Source of the DNA: Alphaproteobacteria bacterium
Lineage (GTDB): Bacteria > Pseudomonadota > Alphaproteobacteria > Micropepsales > Micropepsaceae
Length of the DNA stretch: 64,000 nt
Assembly: GCA_013140995.1 (NCBI GenBank)
Contig: JABFRX010000097.1
Coordinates: 8,194-72,193, forward strand
Direction of reading: 5' to 3'
Each line of letters begins with the position of its first letter. Within the stretch, counting starts at the first letter, position 1. Positions 57,719-64,000 of the stretch are shown here, in pieces. A model generated the notes under the pieces. The model searched no databases. It worked only from the letters and a program-made list of their open reading frames with translations, and was not told the DNA's origin. Position numbers and translations under genes: made by a program.

Positions 57719-58870
57719 ATGAAGGTCGGCGTCATCGGTTTGGGCCAGCGTATCGCCGCCGTGGTTTCGGCGTTGAAAGCGGCCGGCGCGGATGTCGAGG
57801 TCAGCGGCTATGCCGATCCGGCACCCGTCGGGCTCGACCGGTTGAAAGAGGAAGGCATTCCGGTCGGGGAGGCCTACAAGAGCGCTGAAGAGTTGCTCAC
57901 CGCGGGCGAGCACGACCTCGTCATGATCGGGTCACCGAACCATCTGCACGCCGAGCATCTGATGCTCGCGCTCTATGGCGCCAAGCCCGTGTTTGCCGAG
58001 AAGCCGGTCGTGCGTACGGAGAACGAGTCCTACGCGCTGGCGCAGCGGCTTTCGAGCGAGGAGACGCCGCCGTTGTTTGTGGGCCTGGTGCTCAGGTCGG
58101 CGCCGATCGCGCGCGAGATTCTGTCGATCGTACGCGAAGGGCATTTGGGGCAGATCGTGTCGATCGACGCGACGGAGCATCTGCCACCGGAACACGGCGC
58201 CTATCTTGCGCGCAATTGGCGGCGCAAGCGCGAGTGGGGCGGTTCGTTCTTGCTCGACAAGGTGTGCCACGACTTTGACATCTTAAGCGAAATCGCGGGC
58301 GGGCGGCCGCAGCGGATCGTGAGTTTCGGCGGACGCGGAATTTTCCGGCCGGATCGCGAGCCTGCGGCGCGCGCCTATTCCGACGGATCGACGGCGTTCG
58401 AGACGTGGCCCGGCGGCTGGGAGGCCGCGGCCGACGCGTTCGCCAGTGACATGGACGTGACCGATCACCAAACGGCGCTTATCGAATACGTGAACGGCGT
58501 GCAGCTCGCTTTTCACGCGAATACATGCAGCGCGTTGCGCGAACGGCGCTGGTATGTGGCCGGGACGGAGGGCACGCTGATCGCCGACATCGACCGCAAT
58601 ACGCTGATGTGGCGGCGGCACCTTGAACGTACGGCGCCCTACCGGCGGCAGTTTCCGATCTCCGATCACGATCACAACGGCGGGGACGTCGCGATGGCGC
58701 GCGACCTCGTTGCCGCGTTGAAGGACGAGAGTGCGTTTCCCGTAACGCCGTTTCAGGCGATCGAAGCGGGGCTGACCGTCATGGCCATCGACAAGGCGCA
58801 AGCGATGGGCCAGGTGGTCGATTGTACAGCGATTTGGGACACGCTCGACACCGCGATGAAGGTGGCCTGA
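57719..58870 (+). CDS. Gfo/Idh/MocA family oxidoreductase
   Basis: MKVGVIGLGQRI Rossmann N-terminus; IGSPNHLHAEH; FAEKP motif. Confidence 0.8.
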   Translation: MKVGVIGLGQRIAAVVSALKAAGADVEVSGYADPAPVGLDRLKEEGIPVGEAYKSAEELLTAGEHDLVMIGSPNHLHAEHLMLALYGAKPVFAEKPVVRTENESYALAQRLSSEETPPLFVGLVLRSAPIAREILSIVREGHLGQIVSIDATEHLPPEHGAYLARNWRRKREWGGSFLLDKVCHDFDILSEIAGGRPQRIVSFGGRGIFRPDREPAARAYSDGSTAFETWPGGWEAAADAFASDMDVTDHQTALIEYVNGVQLAFHANTCSALRERRWYVAGTEGTLIADIDRNTLMWRRHLERTAPYRRQFPISDHDHNGGDVAMARDLVAALKDESAFPVTPFQAIEAGLTVMAIDKAQAMGQVVDCTAIWDTLDTAMKVA

Positions 58871-58874
58871 GGTC

Positions 58875-60068
58875 TCAGAAATAGCGAAGCACGCGGATTT
58901 CCAGCGCGTGATCGCGCTCCAAGTTCGACTCGGTCGTTCCGTTCGCGACGTAGGGCAGGAAACGGCCTTCGATTTCGAGCTTCCATCCGTCCGCAATGCG
59001 GGTCGCGAATTCGACGGTTGTAAACGTCGTTTGCGTTTCGACGTCGATGATCGCGCCGCCCAGGAAGCTGGTATCGTCTTGGTCGTTGAGGGCGAGCCTG
59101 GCCCCCACCATCACGTCGTTGTTGTAGATCGTGAACGGTGCGATGCCGTCACGACCGTCGTGGTGGTACTCGGCGATCAGGCCCAGATCGGCGCTGCTCT
59201 CGAAGAGTTGGTAGAGCGTGTACTCGAAGCCCGCGGTTGCGGCGAAGAACGTGTCGCCTTGGCCGGAGCGCGCGATCGCCTCCAGCTTCAAGAGCCACGC
59301 GTCGAACGTCGCCTGCACGTCGAGACCAGTTTGGTCGATCTGGTCGTAGTGCGGCACGAAGACTGGACCGCCGGGGACGAGAGTCGCCACGAGACGCGGC
59401 TCGCGGCCCGTGCCGTGGAAGTGCGACAGACCGATGTCGAAGTTGCCCACTCGCTCCTGCCAGCGCAGCGCGAAATCGACGTGGCGCTCTTCGTCGCCCG
59501 ATTCGAACACGGCGAGGTCTTCGGCGACGCGCAGCGGCAGGCCGGGTCGGCCCTTCGGGCCTGCAAACGTGCGCTCACGGAAATTGGGGAGCACGAATGC
59601 GCTCCAGGTGCCGAAGCCGGTGATGACGTTTAGGTTCACCATAGGCTGGCCGAGCTTATCCTCCTCGTCCAACGACTCGACGAGGTCGGTCTGGTTGATG
59701 ATATCCACCAGGTGGCGGGATTCGGCGACGCCCCAGAAGACCTTGCCTAAGCCCACACGCAAATCCCAATCGCCGGCGTTGTAGAGCCAGTTCGCTTCGC
59801 GGACGTCCCAGTGCGTGCGCTCGTCGTCGTCCGCATCGATACGGCCGAACGGGATCAGCGTCAGCGTGTTGTCTTCGTCGAGCTTCCAGCGGAGTTCCGG
59901 CTGCAGCGCGAGCGAGGGGCTAAACGTGTTGTCGTGTTGGGCGGGGAATTTGGGCTCGGCAGGGAAGATGCGAACCTCGCCCGCGACGAAGCCGGAGAAT
60001 TCGATCGGCTCTGCGCGCGCGACGACCGCGCACGCCAAGAAAATGCCGATGATCGCCGAACGCCGCAT
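58875..60068 (-). CDS. Putative outer-membrane beta-barrel protein (hypothetical)
   Basis: Signal peptide MRRSAIIGIFLACAVVARA, alternating beta-strand pattern, C-terminal ...RVLRYF (terminal Phe). Last gene of the RND/LolA-like operon. Confidence 0.5.
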   Translation of the reverse strand: MRRSAIIGIFLACAVVARAEPIEFSGFVAGEVRIFPAEPKFPAQHDNTFSPSLALQPELRWKLDEDNTLTLIPFGRIDADDDERTHWDVREANWLYNAGDWDLRVGLGKVFWGVAESRHLVDIINQTDLVESLDEEDKLGQPMVNLNVITGFGTWSAFVLPNFRERTFAGPKGRPGLPLRVAEDLAVFESGDEERHVDFALRWQERVGNFDIGLSHFHGTGREPRLVATLVPGGPVFVPHYDQIDQTGLDVQATFDAWLLKLEAIARSGQGDTFFAATAGFEYTLYQLFESSADLGLIAEYHHDGRDGIAPFTIYNNDVMVGARLALNDQDDTSFLGGAIIDVETQTTFTTVEFATRIADGWKLEIEGRFLPYVANGTTESNLERDHALEIRVLRYF

Positions 60069-60090
60069 ACCGCCCTACCCCGTCACCAGT

Positions 60091-60894
60091 TTAGCGCAGG
60101 CGGCCGAGCGCGTCAGGGTCGAACTCGGTTTGGTCGACTTTGGCGTTAAGCTCGAACGCGCCGAGGGAAAGCGTTGTTTTCTTGCCAGTCTGATGGTTCT
60201 GCATCGCCAGCACGTGCGACCGCCAGTACTTGCCCAGGTATTGCTTGTAACCCGTAAACATCAGCGTCTTCGAATGCTCCGCCTTGCGATCGTAGAATTC
60301 GAGCTTGCGGACTTGGTAGTCCTTCTTGTCCACCCAGCTAACTTGGCGTGTGTAGCCTGAGTTTTCGTAGGCCGGGAAACGTTCGCTTACGAAACAGACG
60401 AGGCCCTTGGCCTCAGTGGTGGGGCACGGCTCTTCGCGGAGGTACTTGTAGGTGAAGCGCGGCACTTCTTGGGCGAGCAGGTCTTCGAACGCGAATTCGC
60501 TGCCGACGAAGGAGCCGGACTTGTTCGCTGAGGCGATACGCTTCACGCGCTTTAATGCGGGCAGATAGAGCCACTGGTCGTCCGGCGTCTTGAAGTGCGT
60601 GAACGAGAGCAGCGCCGTTCCTTGAACGTCGGCAGGCGATTGGAAGTAGGTCAGCGACTTGTCGCCATCGACGTCGGAGAGGACCTCGAGCGAGCGCAGG
60701 CGCATATTGCGTTCGCTTTTCTCGCCTTGTTTGTTTTCAAGGATCATTTTCGCGTCGACCTTGGAGTCGACCCAGCCCTCGTTGCGCTTTTGCGACTCGA
60801 CGGCGATGCCCAAGCCTTTTTGTTCCGGCGTTTCGGCGTGTGCAAGCACGGGTAAGGCGAACGCTAAGAGAGCGGCGGCGAATGTCTTTTTCAT
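60091..60894 (-). CDS. Outer-membrane lipoprotein-sorting (LolA-like) protein
   Basis: Signal peptide MKKTFAAALLAFALPVLAHA. DDQWLYLPALKRVKRIASANKSGSFVGSEFAFEDL is typical of the LolA-like family found next to RND permeases. ATG 60894 has a GAGGA Shine-Dalgarno. Confidence 0.75.
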   Translation of the reverse strand: MKKTFAAALLAFALPVLAHAETPEQKGLGIAVESQKRNEGWVDSKVDAKMILENKQGEKSERNMRLRSLEVLSDVDGDKSLTYFQSPADVQGTALLSFTHFKTPDDQWLYLPALKRVKRIASANKSGSFVGSEFAFEDLLAQEVPRFTYKYLREEPCPTTEAKGLVCFVSERFPAYENSGYTRQVSWVDKKDYQVRKLEFYDRKAEHSKTLMFTGYKQYLGKYWRSHVLAMQNHQTGKKTTLSLGAFELNAKVDQTEFDPDALGRLR

Positions 60895-60905
60895 GGGGTT
60901 TGTCC

Positions 60906-63272
60906 TCATTCGGCTGGAGCGGCGGCCGCGGCGGCGGCACGGTCTTTGCGGCGGCGGTCGACAAGCATCAACAGCGGCGGCAACAGGAAGAAGTCGGCGA
61001 CGATCGCGAAGGCAATGCAGATCGCGGTCAATAGGCCCATCGCGCGGTTCACCTCGAACGGCGAGAGCGATAGTACGAGGAAGCCTAGTATCAATGCGGC
61101 GGTCAGGATCCAAAGTGCGGGGCCGACCGTCGAAAACGAGTAGCGCACAGAGTCCTCGGGACTCAAGTTTAGCTCGCGCCGGCCACGGATGTATTTCGAC
61201 AGCAGATGTATCGTCGAATCTACGACGATGCCGAGGCTGGTCGCGGTCACCACCGAGGAGGCCATGCCCAAGCGGCCGACGAGAAAGTACCAGACGCCGA
61301 ACGTCATGACGATTGGCACGATGTTCGGGATCAGGCTGATCAAGCCCAAACGGATCGAGCGGAACGGCACGATCAGCAGGAATGAGATCGCGACCATGGC
61401 CCATCCGGTGCCGAAGAGGTTGGCGTCGATGTTGCGCTGAGCGATGAAGGAGAACATGACCGCAGGGCTGGCGCCTTCGGAGCCTTTGCTGGTTGGAACA
61501 TTCGCCGCAATCCAGGCGTCGGCTTTTGCCTTGAAGGCGCGGGTGTCCACGGCTGAGACCACACCTTTCAGCGTGACGATGACGCGCGTCGCCGACTTGT
61601 CGACGTTGATCGTGTCGTTGAGGTCAAGGCCCAACGGCAGCGATAGTTCGTAAAGCAGCAGGTATTGCGCGGCGAGTTGGCGGTCGTCCGGCACTTTGTA
61701 GAATGCCGGATTGTCGGCGTTCAGGTTCTTGTTTAGGCGCTTCATGATGTCGGTGATCGTGAAGACGTGTAGCACGTGCTCTTGCGCGCGTGCCCAGTTC
61801 GCGAAATCTTCGACCTTGTTCAGGAACTGCGGGTTTGTGATGCCGTTCGATTCGCCCGATTTGATCGAATAGTCGACCGTGTAGATGCCGGTCAGGTGCT
61901 CGATCATGAAGTCGGTGTTGCGGCGGAACTCTATTGAGCGGTCGAACCAATTCACGAACTGGTCGTTCAGTTCGATCTTCGGGACCTGCATGCCGAGCCA
62001 GATCGTAACCGCCGTCAGCGACACGGCAAGCGGGATGCGCAACTTGATCACGAAGTTCGCGAGAAAGCGCATGAAGCCGCCACCTTCGTCGCCGATCAAC
62101 TTGCCCTGTTTGCCGATCGGCAAAATCGCGAGCAAGGCCGGCAGGAAGAGCAGCGCGTAGACCCAGGTCGTTAACACGCCCAGCGAAACGATGTTGCCGA
62201 GGTCGCGGAACGGCGGCGCGTCGGCGGCGTTCAGCGACAGGAAGCCGACGGCGTTCGTCACACTGGTCAAGGTGATCGCGCCGAAGTTGACGCGGGTCGA
62301 TTCGATCACAGCTTCGAAACGGGTGCGGCCGTGGCCCAGTTCGTGGAGAAAGTTATGGATGACGTGGACGCTTTCAGCGATCGCGAGCGTCAAGATGATG
62401 ACGGGCGCGAGCGCGGACGGCGGCGTCAGCGTCATGTGCAGCCAACCGGCCAGGCCCATCGCCGCAACCGTCGCCATCGAGAGCACGATCATCACGCAGA
62501 ACATCGCGCCGAACGATCGCAGCAGAACCAGAGAGGTCAACGCTACGACCAGGTACATCAACGGCACGAGCGTCGTGATGTCGGCCTGTGTCGCCTCGCT
62601 GAATGCGTTCGACAGTGCGACGGTGCCCGACAACCTTATCTGAACGTCAGGGTATCGTGTGCGGAACTCGCTCACCAGCTTGCGAGCGGCAGCCATCGCC
62701 GTCGTCGCCTCGGTCGGACTCTTGTCTGGCATCACCATCGTCAGCACGACCCCCGTCGCGAGGCCGTTAGGGGCGATGATGCGGTCCTTCAGCAGCGGTT
62801 CGTTCGTCGCGATCTGCTTGACGCGGTCGAGGCCCGTTTGGTCAAGGCTAGCCGGGTCCTTGACCAGGTCGGCGACGATCAGGTCGTCGCCCTGCGCCTC
62901 GGTGTGCTGGTAGTTTGCGATCGAGTCCGCGCGCAGTACGAACGGCAGTTTCCACCCTTCGTCCGTCAGCCAGCGGACCGCCGTTAACGTCTCCCGCGTG
63001 AAGACCGTGCCGTTCTTCGGCTTCAACACGAAGGCGAGGTTGTCGCGTTTCGAGTAGACGTTTTGGAGTTCGGTGAACGCCTGGAACTGCGGATTCTCGG
63101 GCGCGAAGAAATATCGGTAGTTGTTCGAGAACCCGAGGTTTTGGGCGCCATAGCCTGCGGCGGCGACGGAGGCGAGCCCTAAGATGACGACCGGCCAGCG
63201 AAAGAAGACGAGAATTTTGGCGATCACGACGGCGATGCGGTCGGTCGCGCTCATCGCGACTGGCTGGTCCAT
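60906..63272 (-). CDS. RND-superfamily permease (MMPL / HAE3-like, 12 TM with two periplasmic loops)
   Basis: 788 aa with two repeated halves, each having a large loop followed by 5 TM helices (sterol-sensing-domain-like). No adjacent membrane-fusion-protein gene. Confidence 0.8.
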   Translation of the reverse strand: MDQPVAMSATDRIAVVIAKILVFFRWPVVILGLASVAAAGYGAQNLGFSNNYRYFFAPENPQFQAFTELQNVYSKRDNLAFVLKPKNGTVFTRETLTAVRWLTDEGWKLPFVLRADSIANYQHTEAQGDDLIVADLVKDPASLDQTGLDRVKQIATNEPLLKDRIIAPNGLATGVVLTMVMPDKSPTEATTAMAAARKLVSEFRTRYPDVQIRLSGTVALSNAFSEATQADITTLVPLMYLVVALTSLVLLRSFGAMFCVMIVLSMATVAAMGLAGWLHMTLTPPSALAPVIILTLAIAESVHVIHNFLHELGHGRTRFEAVIESTRVNFGAITLTSVTNAVGFLSLNAADAPPFRDLGNIVSLGVLTTWVYALLFLPALLAILPIGKQGKLIGDEGGGFMRFLANFVIKLRIPLAVSLTAVTIWLGMQVPKIELNDQFVNWFDRSIEFRRNTDFMIEHLTGIYTVDYSIKSGESNGITNPQFLNKVEDFANWARAQEHVLHVFTITDIMKRLNKNLNADNPAFYKVPDDRQLAAQYLLLYELSLPLGLDLNDTINVDKSATRVIVTLKGVVSAVDTRAFKAKADAWIAANVPTSKGSEGASPAVMFSFIAQRNIDANLFGTGWAMVAISFLLIVPFRSIRLGLISLIPNIVPIVMTFGVWYFLVGRLGMASSVVTATSLGIVVDSTIHLLSKYIRGRRELNLSPEDSVRYSFSTVGPALWILTAALILGFLVLSLSPFEVNRAMGLLTAICIAFAIVADFFLLPPLLMLVDRRRKDRAAAAAAAPAE

Positions 63273-63316
63273 GAGATGCCCCTTACCGCTTTACAAAGCG
63301 GCACTTTCCCAGGTAA

Positions 63317-63331
63317 ACTACACAGTGTAGT
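63317..63331. promoter_or_regulatory. Perfect 15-bp palindrome between the RND operon and the divergent TetR gene (likely operator)
   Basis: ACTACAC-A-GTGTAGT read directly; 14 nt upstream of the TetR GTG and 45 nt upstream of the RND ATG. Confidence 0.55.
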
Positions 63332-63344
63332 GTAAAGGGACAGG

Positions 63345-64000
63345 GTGGCGAGTCAAGCCAAACAAAGCTCGCATTCGCGGAACGACCTTTTCGCCGAGCC
63401 GTTGGACAGCGAAAATCCAAAGCGCAACGCTGTTCTGATGGCGGCGGCGGAGCTTTTCCTCGATCAGGGCTATGAGCCCGTCAGCATGGATGCCATCGCA
63501 TTGAAGGCCGACGTTTCTAAGCGGACGGTCTATTCCTACTTCGAAAGTAAGACCGAGCTTTTCGTCGCGATTCTGAACGCGCATTGCGACAGTATGGGCG
63601 GCATCGCCCTGCCGGAACACGTTGCGGGTCATGATCCGAAAAAAGTGCTGACCGAGTTCGGGCGCGTGTTTGTGCGCATGATCACCTCGCCGCGCGCGGT
63701 CGCGATGCAGCGCGTAATCTTTCGCGAAGTGGACCGGTTACCCGAGGTCGGCCGCATCTTCTTTCAGAACGGCCCGCAGCGGCATATCACGAAGCTTGCC
63801 GATTACCTTCGCCGAGCAACGGTCGAGCGAAAGCTGAAGGTCGACGACCCGGTAGGAGCTGCATTCCTGTTCATGTCGATCGTGAAGGCGCCGTTTCACC
63901 TGCATCAATTGTGTGGCCTGATCGACACGCCCCCTGCGGCTGCGCTCGACCGCGCAGTGAAAGAGGCGGTCGATGTGTTTCTTCGCGCGTACGGCAGCCC
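63345..64000 (+). CDS. TetR/AcrR family transcriptional regulator (3' end outside the window)
   Basis: Not in the ORF track because it runs off the window. Translation: ...RNAVLMAAAELFLDQGYEPVSMDAIALKADVSKRTVYSYFESKTELF (TetR HTH). An in-frame stop lies at 63333-35. The GTG 63345 start is tentative. Confidence 0.8.
   Translation, partial: MASQAKQSSHSRNDLFAEPLDSENPKRNAVLMAAAELFLDQGYEPVSMDAIALKADVSKRTVYSYFESKTELFVAILNAHCDSMGGIALPEHVAGHDPKKVLTEFGRVFVRMITSPRAVAMQRVIFREVDRLPEVGRIFFQNGPQRHITKLADYLRRATVERKLKVDDPVGAAFLFMSIVKAPFHLHQLCGLIDTPPAAALDRAVKEAVDVFLRAYGS

Overview
GC-rich (about 60-65% by eye, not computed), gene-dense chromosomal segment that looks alphaproteobacterial, probably Rhizobiales/Hyphomicrobiales-like. 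Support for that placement: a tRNA-His without an encoded G-1 and with A73, an ALAS-type hemA, ethylmalonyl-CoA (EMC) pathway genes, and a DUF2924 plus large serine recombinase pair. Most of the window is core metabolism. This includes a riboswitch-controlled thiC, hemE / cytochrome c / hemA, dsbB-coq7, gluQ, and a loose EMC supercluster (ecm, ccr, mcd, a PduO-type adenosyltransferase, etfBA, hbd). The left edge (1-2395) is the recombinase end of an integrative element abutting tRNA-His. Five accessory regions stand out. (1) A GxxExxY (PD-(D/E)XK) gene is bracketed by 54-bp inverted repeats (10320-10850). (2) Two tandem paralogous autotransporters (10922-17984) are divergently paired with a TPR-GT9 glycosyltransferase and a TPR-sulfotransferase (18316-21865). 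(3) A vapBC islet lies next to a secreted Gly/Asn-rich low-complexity protein (27.6-30.5 kb). (4) An orphan two-gene module encodes a membrane protein and a secreted MIDAS-vWA protein (39050-40824). (5) A TetR-linked RND / LolA-like / outer-membrane barrel trio occupies 58875-64000. I saw no CRISPR array, IS element or rRNA. Many long ORFs in the supplied track are antisense or off-frame shadows typical of GC-rich DNA and were not annotated. All family assignments come from motif recognition by eye; no searches were run.
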